A DNA stretch of 63,788 nucleotides, counting the filler, from Trichosphaerium sp. ATCC 40318 (lineage: Eukaryota; Protista; Tubulinea), in assembly GCA_038496445.1 (NCBI GenBank). It is 4 parts of 4 records of this genome, joined end to end, with 100 filler letters (N's around TTAATTAATTAA, not from the genome) between each part and the next. Parts side by side here need not be neighbours in the genome. Positions count along the whole stretch, not along the records: positions 46,860 to 58,014 come from JALMLS010000469.1; positions 58,115 to 63,788 come from JALMLS010000301.1; 2 more parts are not named here. One strand, given 5' to 3'. The notes beneath the pieces are model-generated. The model was not told where the DNA came from. It saw only the letters and a list, made by a program, of their open reading frames with translations, and ran no database searches. This document shows, piece by piece, positions 49,741 through 62,699 of the stretch (position 1 is its first letter; every line of letters begins with the position of its first letter). The position numbers and the translations under genes are program-made.

Positions 49741-50771
49741 TTGTATGACTTATGCTGTATAATGTAAGTATTAAACAAACCGTATTGTTTCTTTTTTGAT
49801 TCCGCTTTTATTCTAACTTCACTATAATATCACGTGACAACTTTTAAAACCATTTGTTGCGAATTTACTTTGACATCCTAGCTTGCTTAGCATCCATAAG
49901 CGTCGAGTGTATTTCGCCTATCCCAGATTATTGTATCATTGAAAGGTCCGTTTTTTTCCAGCTTCGGTGTAGAATTCTGAAGTTATGAATGTACTCTGCC
50001 GTGCCTTTTCCTTGATGCGCAGCGTATGTGTATAGCTTTAGTTGCGGGTAGGGCTTCGATGATATAAGAATGCCTAAGATTTTAAGTTAAACACAGTAAA
50101 AAGGGTACCAAACCGGTTTTTGACATTTATCATTAAAAAATGTTTGCTTCATTGTTATTTATTTACACAATAGTACACTTGGCGAATAAAACAAAGCCGT
50201 CATTTCTTGTTGAGGTTTTTTGTTTTATACTTTTGTATACTTCGTTGCATTTCGTATTAATGTCTTTTTACATAGTGAACCTCTAGGTGACTTTAACTGC
50301 TTTACAGGTGACTCTGTTTTAAGCTTTTCTTTAAGTTTGGCTAGCGTAAAGGTGACTAGGAAAATGCCAACTTTTGTCAACTTTTTTTTGTCAACTATTT
50401 GTCAATCCGCTATCAATGACTCTGACCATGCTATATTGTTGATTGACTTGACTACAGTTACATTGGATACATGTAAGACAATGGAATAGTATTTGAATTC
50501 TGATTTTGGCTTTGGGTAAAGGTGTGAACATGTGTAATATTTTGTTGACAAAACTTTTTTTCAGCGACAATACCATTTTCAATTGTTTCAGATACTGAAA
50601 ATCACCCCTCAGTGGAATTATATGCCGTTATAAATCAAAATAAAGTGTATGTACGTAATAGAACAAATTAAAAGTCAATAAAATTTATTTAAGTTGGTTG
50701 GCGAGATACTTTTTGAGTACACTTTTTTTAATTGTTATGGTTTTTTTCCTTCGTAGCTGCAGTCATGTTAA

Positions 50772-52693
50772 TTAACCAAAAAACTTCTTACTTACCTTTA
50801 ATGGAGCTTTAAGACGTTGATTATGTTGGAGGCGTTGCTTTTTCTCCATCTTTTTTTTTTTAGCAGCTCTTTTTGCTTGTCTTTGTGCTTTAATTTTCAA
50901 AAGTGGGGTATTTAGTTTCTTCACTTTGACAACGTTAATTTCATATACCATAACAGTATTGGTCACTTACACCTCTTCTCAATTTTCTCAGCTTGATCTT
51001 TTCGCCTCTTTAAAGTGACACTCTTAGGTGTGCCCACAGCTATTCCAATAACTGTGCGTTGACCATCTTTTAAGCTGCAAGTAGCAAACTTTACCAGTGA
51101 AGAAAAAACAACATCACAAGGACGTTTCCTTGTACCCTCATATGAGAGCACCTTTTTAACAGCACTGTTGTTACCTTCACTGATGTTATTGGTACGCGTA
51201 TGCTCCCAAGGGGTATCAGTAACTGTCCATAGCGCCCATGTAGATGGAGGACATCTAGTATAAAAAATGTAAGGTAAAAAAAAAGCAATAATTAATAAAC
51301 AAGTATTGAATAACGTACTTGGTGACTTCATCAGTAACATTCATGTATGTGTTGGCTAGGTACTTAATGTATGCTCTACAGTCATTTGTTTTTTCAAGTG
51401 CTTCCTTCTGAAAGGAATTCCAATAACGATAAAACTTTTTCTCATTTTTTTCATATAGTAAAGTTGTTGACACCAACTTACACCATCTATTCTCCTCTTC
51501 ACGCCCTTCTTTCTTCATACCCAGCTCTGACCGCTTTCTTCTGTGCGCTTCAGCAATATGGTAGATACATTGGGATATTTTTAAAGGGCCCAGTACATTT
51601 ACAGCTGCTGAATAAAATATGAGTCTTCTAAACAAAAAATACAAAAAAGTTTACCTCGTTTCATATTTGTTTCTCCATCAGTCATCAACCGCTGAAAAGG
51701 CACTCCACATACACTTTTTAGATGCATGAATGCATACTCATACTCAGGAAGGTTCTTGGCATGCATGATTGCAAAGCTAATGCAGGTTCCTTTAGTACGC
51801 TTAGCTCCTTCTGCTTTCACCCAAAAAAACAAAGCCTACAAAAAAAAATAAAGAAGAGTTGTGCCTGTGTAGCTCTCACCTGCGCATTAATATCTGCTAT
51901 TCCGTAGGTGCCATCAACAAAGAGTACACTGTTATCAAAATCACGTAAATAAGTGTTTAACTCAGGGTGAACAAATGATATGACATCATTCGTTGCCTGA
52001 ACAATTCGTGAGGACAAAGGATGCATTAACCGAATGTTTGAGTACACCTAGTTTGTGTTAGTGTAAAAACATTTCTAATTAACCAAAAATAATACCTCGT
52101 GGTGCATTTCGTGCCTACGGTGTACCTTACGCGCAAGGTATGCCATGTTGTCCGTGCTAGGTATTTCTGACGAATTCAGCGGATCATGAGCATCATTCTC
52201 CAAAAATGATTTATACTGTACAGAAAATGATAAGGGTAGTGTCTAGAATAATTTGACGTACCACACTAAGCGGAGGTATCCCTCTTTCAATATCTTGTTC
52301 TATACTCCTTTTAACGCTATTATTGAGCTTCAGCTTCGATATGTGCACAGGACAGCACTCTTTTACATGTCCTAAACAAATATATTTACCATTTTGTTTA
52401 AAACAAATAAAAATACCTTCAGTTTCCTTTATGTTTAGTATTGACGTGCCTCTTCCATGTTTTGAGAGTATTTGTAATTTAGCTTTGCACTTACCGCGGT
52501 TTTTACAACGGTAATACCATGTGGTCAAATTGCCTTTTTCAGCATGTCTGATGGGACTGTACTGCCGAGCCCATCTTTTTTGAGGAGAACAATAAAAAAT
52601 AGGAGTATTGCACTCCATCCATGTCAGCAATCCAATATTGCCCATTGTTGGTGTTGCTGGCCGTGTGGGGCATCTTTCTAGTGCTGTTAGCAT
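50772..52693 (-). mobile_element. Mutator-like (MULE) transposase gene with introns
   Basis: YYRCKNRGKCKAKL..H (WRKY/FLYWCH-like), VLFVDGTY, LMTDGE, QCIYHIAEA (CxxH), RTNNISEGNNSAVK. Confidence 0.85.
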
Positions 52694-52839
52694 TGCTAGT
52701 GTTTAATTGTGTGTTCAATCTTATTAAGTCTCACGCAAACTTTCAGAAAACACGGAAATGCATCTAACAAACGCTGTTAGAGCAAGTTTACCCTTTGTGT
52801 AAAAAACTCAGCCTAAAAATACTCAATGGTAGCATAGAT

Positions 52840-54837
52840 ACTGCTACAGCGCTTTTCTACGCATAGAAATGACATACAAGTAACACAGCTTGTGTAGATC
52901 AAACCTACAGTGAAAAAAAAAACCACGTGATTTGTACTTCCATGCCATGACACCAGAATATTATTGGAGGTATCACTACCTATTACAAGCACACATCTTA
53001 CCTGCACTACATAGTAAGAGATAGTTGACAGAATTGACAAATTGACAAAAAAAGTTGGCAAATTACCAATCACGAGCGTAAAATGTTAAGTTCAAAGCGA
53101 AACGAAAAAGAAAATATTTTACCATTTTGTTGAAAGACTTGTACTAGTTTTCTGCAGTTCTTTGCTACTTCTGGGTCAGGACTGTGTTCTCCTTCAAGCA
53201 ACGATATTATAAAATCCATTCTATTATGGTCTGCAATAATATTCTGCATTTCTAAGTACAAGATAGCTTAATACATAAATAATTTTTTTTTAGTGTACCT
53301 CGTTCAGAACACAATAACAACAATGTCTCTACCGCACGTAGCATTGTTGTATTATCAGTAGCACCAAGCCATGTAGGTACTTCCAGCGCTGAGATTTCCA
53401 TCTCTAAATCAGTACCATACATCGCATACTCACGGAGCTTGCTTATTTCTGATAAAAGTTAGTCAAACGTAGGCAGAAACACGTGCGTATTGGCATCCGT
53501 GCACCAATCTCTTGAGGGTACTTTAATTCATTTGAATGTGTCCGCATTATATCAATAAGACTATCATGCTTGTGCTCACCGAAATGAAACTTCAGGGAAC
53601 CTCTACTCTCTGTCATGGGCAAGTTTTGATGAATTATTTCATTTTCATTAACTTTGTAACTTAGTACAATATTACAGGGCACCTTGCCAAGACGAAACAA
53701 AAAACTAAAAAAGTGATTATTGTTAACCATCAATGCTCTTATTTATCATACCTTCCTACTTTTTTCTTGGCCAATATGAGCTGAGCTTGTCGTTGATTAC
53801 AATCAACAACAAAATATCTTACAATTCGTTAATAACGAGATAACGTCATAATCTTAAACAACATAAAGGGGTGGTCACAATACTTACCTGTGTTTAAGTA
53901 ATAGTCCCATCCTGTACTCGAAACGCAAGTAGCTTCTGTAGTGGTTCAAGACAGCGTATAGTTTCGCAAAAACCTCTCCCGTACGGATAGTAAACTTCCC
54001 TTTTCTCAAAAAAATTTTCAAATGGTTTACGCGTGCGCTTCCATCAATATAACCTACAACCAAAAAATCAGACATCCACCGCTCGTTGTAACCCAAAAAA
54101 AAAATAAAAAGTGCAAAAAAAAGAAAACATGTCTTTCACGTGCTTGCGCTTAGGTGCTGGTCTGAAGCACTGAATCGAACCAAGAAGGTACCAAGAGGTT
54201 GTTCTTTTAATATAAGACTTGCATCAGCAGCATTGAGATGTCCAACAAAGCAACGTTCGTCAAAAAGTGCACAAGCCTAATTCACTATTTAATATTTCAT
54301 TTTTGGTTTTTTTTTCTGTTATACGTTTTGCAAATAAGTGTCCAAATCGCCAAACGCTGCAACGAACGTTATAAACTTGGATTTTTCTAGTTGCTTTGTC
54401 CGTCTGTGATCTTCTCTGAAAGTGAGCATGATAAGCGGTTTAAAAATGAGGATCAGCGTTGTACGTACCTACGTAGTACCGTAGCGTGCACTTTTCAAAG
54501 TAAGATAAAGCTTGTCGCTTCTGAAGCGCTGTTATTACATCCTTGACTGAAGCTACGTTACCCTACACGTTGTAAATACGTAACTAGCGCAAAAACTCAA
54601 AAAAGTCGAACAGGCGTACAAGTGAAGCGGCTTGCCACCAATCATCGGCTTCTTCATCTGTAACGAATCGTAACTGCGGCGCAGCGTTATTTCGCAACGT
54701 TCGGTAATCTGTCGCCTTTTTGGAGTTAGTTTTTGATCTAACTGCGCGCGAAATGAACCACCCACCTTGATGACGCGTTTTTTACGCTCGCTTTTACGAG
54801 CTGAGTGCTTTCTGTACGGTCGTGGCGGCGTGTTCAT
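52840..54837 (-). CDS. Protein with two SH2-like domains (multi-exon)
   Basis: CFVGHLNAADASLILKEQPLGTFLVRFSAS..VVGY..VNHLKI; second unit NIVLSYKV..IIHQNL..SLIDIM; 3' end approximate. Confidence 0.7.
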
Positions 54838-55129
54838 CTGTATATCGTATACGTACTGTTGTGCGGTTATAATGCAATAGACAGAAGTTGATTGTATATG
54901 ACAGAAGACTACACTTTTTGATTTCTAACAACTCTGCGTTTAATTATTAATGTAAATTGGTACTAGAAAAATACTGAACATTTTGGGGCAACATAGTCAA
55001 TTAAGGCAAGTATGGTTAAAATAAATACTGAGACACATATAAACTGAGTACGCTACCAGAATACTCATTAATTCGGATTAACGGTTTAAGTTCAGCACAT
55101 AAATTAAAAAACACTTCAATCATCCAAAC

Positions 55130-56064
55130 ATGGCGGAGAAGAGCGATTTCTTTGACCAAATTGCTAATGTTGAGCTCACAGAGCTCTCTAAAGAGGTTAT
55201 TTATCCATCGTTATTGCTATACTTATCTTACAATAAAGGATGGCTCTAATGGCGAAAAGTGCACGCTAGAGAGTTTGTACGGTGAAAAACCAATAGTTTT
55301 AAGGTTGTTTCGAAGGTAATCCTACTTCAAGCACTGTATATGGCGTTAACGTTCACGTAGATCTGGGTGACAGTGGACCAGAGGCGAAGCAGCCGTTTTA
55401 GCACAAATACAACCCAAACTCGAAGAACTTGGTGTAGAACTCATTGGTACGCGTTTCCACATTATGTTTAACAATATGGTGGCATTTTGATGACCCATAG
55501 AAACAATTTAATTCCGAACGATCAATAACAGAAAACTAGGTGTCTTTGGCACTGACCTTGGTGCAGCCGAGTTCGTTCAAACAAACATTTGGCCTGGTCG
55601 AGCATTTCTTGCCAACGACTACGCCTTACACAAGGGTTTGGGCGCTCAAGCTCAAAAAGCCGGTGGACTTGTAGATCTAATGAAAGGTAAGAACAACAAG
55701 TTTAAACAGAGTTTCGCGGAGAAATGCGAAAGTTTTCGAAAGACTTTATCTCGTAATAACTTTTATCTTGATCGCCAAGCTTACCTTTATTCGATAGTAT
55801 GGAAGTATCCTAAACTAGGTAGACTGAATAAAGCTTTAAAAGCTGAGCTTGGTGGAAGTATTCCTAAAGGGAACATGAATGGTTCTGATCCGTACGTATT
55901 GTACCACGTTTTTTGAGATATTCTTATTCGTAGTTTTTCTAGGTGGAACTTTTGTTTTTGGACCTGGTCCAAAAACCAGCTATACTCATTTACAAGGCTT
56001 TTTTATTGATACACCAAAGAATGAAGATATTCTAGAAGCAGCAGAGAAGGCTGTGAAGGGATAA
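55130..56064 (+). CDS. Peroxiredoxin-like 2 / SelU (AhpC-TSA_2) family protein with in-frame TGA, probable selenoprotein
   Basis: Spliced: PIVLRLFRRSG[TGA 55368-55370]QWTRGEAAVLAQIQPKLEELGVELIGV...LGGTFVFGPG...H.Q; matches the RRPGCxxCREEA motif. Confidence 0.85.
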
Positions 56065-56936
56065 TATAAAGATTAGAGACAGAGGAGGACGAGAAAATCC
56101 TCAGTCAGTGCCACAAGTTCAAAAAAAAAATACAAAAAAACCTAAGAGATGCGTTTTGGAACAATGCCTGAGATGTACTCGCCTGGAAATGAATATTATT
56201 CAACGGGTGGGGCGGAGGCTTTTCAAAAGATATGATTGTTCATGTGGGGATCTTGTGCTGATCTTCCATATAGCAAGACACTATCAAGGAGATATTTCGA
56301 TTTCAAAATGCAAAATTTTTTCTATCTTAAAAATTCGAACTTGTGGCAGACGCTTGTGAATAAATACCTGTCTCAGTATCTTCCAAAGTATTGAATGTAT
56401 AATTCTAGATTTGTAAAAAATTACATGCACCCACTTTCTGTTCATTCTATGCAATTCAACCGGAAAAATCACGTTTTTGTTTGTATCGTAATTTTGAGAA
56501 TTTTTCCATGCATGTACGCATTGAATTCAAGAATAGCTCCACTAGTTCTATTGTTTGTTTACCCTGCGACGTGTGTGTAAGGGATTTTTAGAGCCCGTGA
56601 CGTTGTAAAACGAGCAATAGTATTCCGCCACTTTTACAAAGGAAAACGCCGGTTCCGGTGTTTTTTGCATCCGGCGTACTAAACACCACAATGGCATTAT
56701 AGTCATACTGACAAGTTTACCAAATTGTTCTAAACCGGCTTTATTTTTTTGTACTTGTCCGAAAATTTTCGTTGAACATGTGTCGTAACATAGTACGCGG
56801 AGAAAAATAAACGAGGCTTATATTAACCTAACCCTTATATAGCATTGTTAAGGGTACCGTTTAAGAGTGTTTTCGGTCTTTCGGCGGTATTCAAAAGTCA
56901 TTTCTCCATAACTAACACAAGAAGCACCACACCGCA

Positions 56937-58014
56937 ATGAAGAAGTGTGGGTTCGTAAATTATGCTGCCAAGAAGTCTGAGAAAGGCGTTCAATGGTTTT
57001 TCTACCAAGTCGGCAAATTTGATGCAGAGCATCCTATATTGGTTATCGTATTGAGTTTTGCATTGGTTGGAGCGTTGATGATTGGGTTTATTAACTTTGA
57101 ACAAGAGAATCGAGAAGAGAGACTCTGGGTACCTGGTAACAGGTATGCGCGCGTTTATTTTGCTTTTCTAAGACACCATAGCGAAGCAGTTTTAACTTTA
57201 GGCGATTTCCGGAGTAATTTCAACAGAGCGCCAAGATTCGAGGAGTATATAGCGACTGGAACAAATATGATCAATAAAGCCGCCCTTTTAGAGCTTCTGG
57301 AGTTGCATGACAAAATCGTGAATGCGACAATCACAGTACGTAAAAACAACCATAAATTCTACTTCTGTAGTACGTTATACACGTAAGAAACAACTCACAA
57401 TAAAATAGGTGGAAGGCGAACAGTGGAATTTTACTTCTCTTTGCCTGAAAGACTCTTTCGATAATTGTATCCTAAGATCAATACTGGTACGTTTTTTTTC
57501 TTTGTGGGTGGATCAAAAACCGACCTATGATTTTTTTTTATGTCTTCAATGAATTTTTTTAATATGTTTTAGTCCGTCTGGGATTTCGATGAGATCGCTT
57601 TAAATAATGATCCAGATGTCCAACAAAGTGTTGCCAATGCTGTAGTCAATGATACTGACTTAAAGGCATTGATTAGTGGCTACACTGAGGAAAACGGTCG
57701 TGCTAGCGGAAGAGCACTTTTCTTTTCGTACACACTTGAGAACAGGGAGGTTTTTCAGAATGGCGATTTTGTAGATTTACCAGCGACAACCTGGGAAGAA
57801 GATGTTTTCCTTGCGCTTACCTTGAACGTAAACTTTGAAAATTTTGAACTATTTACAAACGCTGAGGCACGTGTTTTTATTTCAATAGCAATCGATTACT
57901 AATTGTTTTTTTGTAGAAATCATTTGGTGATGAGTTTTCTAATGCTCTAAGTGGAGATCTACAACTTTTGGGTATTGGATATTTCTTGATCATATCATAT
58001 GTCCTTCTCATGTT
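56937..58014 (+). CDS. Patched/NPC1-like sterol-sensing membrane protein (3' part in gap)
   Basis: N-terminal TM, ENREERLWVP, Cys-containing luminal loop, RSFGDEFSNALSGDLQLLGIGYFLIISYV. Confidence 0.75.
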
Positions 58015-58805
58015 NNNNNNNNNNNNNNNNNNNNNNNNNNNNNNNNNNNNNNNNNNNNTTAATTAATTAANNNNNNNNNNNNNNNNNNNNNNNNNNNNNN
58101 NNNNNNNNNNNNNNGAACGGATTACTGAAGTTACAAGAGACTCCTTCTCATGATTCAAAACGTGATTAAAGCCAGAAATCAGATCACAATACCAACATAC
58201 AATTTTAAAAAAACCCAGATGGCTGCCATTCTTTGGACAAGCGTCACGAACCATCAACGAACTCAATGGTGTTACGCTGCCTAGCAGTGATCAAATACAG
58301 TTTTTGCGCTCCACAGGAGCAGCCTTTCATTGAGAAGTATTAACCAAATTGTTCCTTGTTTACACATGATTAAAAGGCCTACATTTTGAAATTGAAAAGC
58401 GTTTGTAACTTCTATGGCGGATGTAGTCGTAAACGTGGAACAACGTTAAACACTACCGTAAACACGCCACTGTATGGCAGTCGTACACGACAATTAGTAC
58501 TGGTACCATGTTAAACACGTGGGGTATGACAACACGCTCGCGAAAAGTAAATCATTGATTTCACGTGAACCGAATATTCATGAGACCTGAAATCATTCCT
58601 AACGCTATACAGCGTGGCAGAGCTATCTTACTAATTAAAGTAGACACAGCACTCACAAAGTCGAAAATTCGCATTTTTTTGCTGCATTTTAGTTGTCCCG
58701 TAGTGACATCTGTTTTATATCGGTACTCGATGCTTAGCATTGTTTTTTTTTTGAAAAAAAACTTTTTGTCGTTAGCAACTTAATGCATTTACATAAACAC
58801 CTACA

Positions 58806-60364
58806 ATGACCACAACAACGTACGTAACACTTAAAACAATTGTACATATCCTCTTCAACACAATGACCCTTTTACTGTACATCTCTGCCTTCTTCCTTCT
58901 GTACTATCTGTTGGAGATGTCAGACAATTCAATGTTATAGATCCACTTGACTTTGATAACGTTGAGCAGGGAATAGCTTACGATGCTGTTACTGAGAGAT
59001 ACTTGGTAACATATGAAGTCTCTGGAACAGAGTCTAACAGTATAGCATTTACATTTTCTGCAGCAAGATAAATGGAACTGCTGTGACTGAAGACTTTCCT
59101 CTCTTGCAAGATAGACAACGTAACACCTGATATTATTGGTACTGGATCAGGATCTTATATGTACTACTTCAGAACACAAATATTTGATTCAATAAGTAAG
59201 TGGAATGCTACTTGATGAAAACGGAGTACATAGTCCAGCTCGTATTTTTCCAATAAGTCAATCTTCTGATGAAAGCGAGAACGCAAACCCAAGTGCTGCC
59301 TTCAACAGCGATACAAATAAATATATGGTAGTGTGTGCTTCTAAAGAAGTCGTTGGTAATGATAGGGATTTTGGTATATTTGGAGCATCAGTTGACCCTG
59401 TAACTGGCGATGTACCTCCTCAATTCAGAGTTTCTGTTTTCAATGATATTGAATCGCAAGAATAGCTTACAACACATTCACCAAAAAGTTCTTTGCTGTT
59501 TGGCAAACGAAAGCAGACAATATACAAGGAAGTCATATCATAGAAAGCAGAAGGATAAAGGATTTTGAAGTAAGCGTAGGAGCAGGAACCAGACTCAATG
59601 TGATATCTCACGGAACAAAACAAGAGTTTCTTGTTCTTTGGAAAGGAAGAGGTACAGGTATTGGATTCTAGCATCTCGACAGATACTCCATTTAGTGCAT
59701 TCGTTGTATTCGAAGGCGTATATGTGCTTGCATATGAACAACACAATGGCGAAAGACACTATAAGTTTACAACAGTAAATGAAACGTATGGCTTTATTTT
59801 AATCTTTTTCTTACTCTTTCTTGTAGTACACTTGAAACAATAGATGATGTTAGTATTTTTACTGGAACAAGAATAACAGACGATCTCGTTATCGCTGCTG
59901 ATACATCTAACATTGTTGGATTTATGCCTGTTTCATTCGCTCAAACTGAATCAGCACTCGCTGGCGTATCTATTGATCCATTTATTCCTTCACCGAGCAC
60001 TCAACCTCCGACTACTATTCCGCCAACACCTGAAGCACCTACAACTCAACCTCCCACGACACTACCATCAACAGAGGCTCCTACTCTTGAACCAACAACA
60101 ATAGCAGAAGCTGTAGACGCTCCACCGAGTGGTTTGGCATCATGGGCAATCGCTATTATCGTAGTAGCTGTATTAGTTTTTATTCTTGTTGTTTTAGCAA
60201 TGATTGCTGGTGCTTATTTCCGTTGTGGTGGAGACAAAGGAACTGAGGTTAACGTCAACGTACACCAAGGAATACCTCAAGGAGAACCTCAAGGACCGTC
60301 ACATCAGAGTGTTCCTGTAGGAACACCTCTTGAAGCAATACCACCTCGTCCGTACTACAACTAG
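58806..60364 (+). pseudogene. Degenerate paralog of the 60820-62545 surface protein
   Basis: Collinear with the downstream copy but with several indels and deletions; stalk, TM and tail intact. Confidence 0.6.
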
Positions 60365-60819
60365 AATGTATAATAGAAATAACACAATAAAACTTGTATG
60401 AAACGTCAAACAGGCAACATATCCTTCCTTACCAAGAAAAGGTATCTCGTGGTGCTTCGTGAAAAAATTGTGTGAACTTTAATAAGTACAAAATCACGTG
60501 GGTTTTCGTGAAAACATGGCGTACCCAAAGCAAATGTTAGGTACTGAAGCGAATACTGGCGTTTAAACTTCGAGTGTGGAGCGAGCGTACAACGCCACTT
60601 AACACAATTTGTGAGACGGGAAAACTCAAAACCCGCAGCTTATTATTGCTTTGTAGTTAACTAGCTGTTTTTACAGTATTTTTGAAAGCGAGATATGACG
60701 ATCCAATATTCTCCTTATTCTTCCATTCTCCAAAACAAGTTCACGTGATCCGGATAAATTTAGAGAATAGTTCACAAGCTTCATAAAGTTTGAGAGAACA
60801 ATTAATAATCCCCAACACA

Positions 60820-62545
60820 ATGAACACAACAACGTAAGCCATAGATCTAATAACGTATAATCATTCTAATCTAAAGTTAGTAGTTTAATGACACTTTTAC
60901 TGTACATCTTGTTTCTCTGCCTTCTTCCTTCTGTACTATCTTTCGGAACTGTGAGGCAATTCAACGTGATAGATCCAGTTGGATTCAATGAGGTCAAAGA
61001 AAAAGGTGTAGCTTTCGATGCAGTCACCAACAGATACTTGGTAACATGGAAAATAACTGGACGAGACTCTTCAGGAACATTCAATCTATTCAGAGCGAGA
61101 TTCTACGATCCAAACGGCACTGCTTTGACTGATGTTTTCTTTCTCTCTTTGGGTGCGGACGTACCAATATCTCCAGATATTGTCGGTACTGGTACAGGAT
61201 CGTACTTGTACTACTTCAGATCGCGAGGAAGCCAAACCACAAGAGTAAGAGGAATCCTTCTTGATCAAAACGGGTTAATTATCAAACCAACATTTCCAAT
61301 AAGTCAATCATCAACAAGTAGCCAAAACGCAAAACCAAGTGCCGCCTTCAATAGTGATACAAACAAATACATGGTAATATGGGCCACTCAAGATATCGTA
61401 CTCAGAGAAAAAGAATACGCTATATTCGGAGCATCAGTTGACCCTGTAACTGGTGATGTATCTCCTCAATTCAGAGTATCTATTTTCAATGATATCGAAT
61501 GGCAAGTGCGATCAAGAATAGCTTACAACACATTTACCAAAAGTTTCTTTGCTGTTTGGCAAACGAAAGCAGATAATATACAAGGAAGTCACATCATCGA
61601 CAGTGGAAGGATAAATGACTTTGAAGTAAGTTTCGGAGCAGGAACCAGACCCAATGTGATATCTCATGGAACAAAAGAAGAGTTTCTCGTTCTTTGGAAA
61701 GGAAATCCAATTGCTGCTCGTAAAGTCGACGGAGCTGGTATCGCTGGATCAGAGGTACAGCTATTGGACTCTAGTATCTTGACAGATACTCCATTTGGTA
61801 CATTCTCGGTATTCGAAGGTGTATACGTACTTGCATACGACCAATTAGGAACTGAAAAACAATACAAGTTCGCAAAACTAGATGAAACGTACGACTATCC
61901 TTTCTTTTGGTTTCTTTTTATTCCTTTCTTTTCTCATTCTTTTCTTGTAGTACACTTGAAATAACAGATGACGTTGATCTTTTTACTGGAACAAGAATAA
62001 CAGACGATCTCGTTATCGCTGCTGATACATCTAACATTGTTGGATTTATGCATGTTTCATTCGCTTCAGACGAATCCTTACTTGCTGGTGTCTCTATCTC
62101 ATCATTGCTTCCGCCTCCTACTCTACCTCCTACAACACAACCTCCAACGACAACTCCACCTACAACAAATCCACCAACAACACTACCTCCAACAACAGAG
62201 CCACCTGTAGACCCTCTGGAAACGACACTACCACCAACAGATGCTCCTACTCTTGAACCAACGACAATAGCAGCTGCTGTAGGCGCTCCACCAAGTGGTT
62301 TGGCATCATGGGCAATCGCTCTTATCGTCATTGTAGTACTTGTTGTTATTGCAGGTATTCTGGCAATCATTTTGGGCGCCTACTTTTGTCGCCGTGGTGG
62401 TACAATAGAGAAAGGACATGAAATCAATGTCAGTGTAAATCAACCTAATCCTCAACCCGTACCTCAACCCGTACCTCAAGTATCAACTCATCAAGCTGTT
62501 CCAATGGGATTACCTCTTCATCCACAATACAAGCAAACTGTATAA
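60820..62545 (+). CDS. Type I surface protein: beta-rich repeat ectodomain, Pro/Thr stalk, TM
   Basis: Signal peptide, repeated 'P..AFNS.TNKYMV.W' / 'IAYN..TKSFFAVW' units, (PPTT)n stalk, GLASWAIALIVIVVLVV TM. Confidence 0.75.
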
Positions 62546-62699
62546 AAAAAATTTTCTGTTCAATAAAACTGTTTCTATCTTCCACCTTTATTAAAAGTTT
62601 ATGTCAAAGGTATATAGCTATACGCTGATATATTGTCTGAACTAAGCCACGAATGAACATATCATCAGTTTCGTTTTCTTTGTCAAGAAAAATCTTCAG

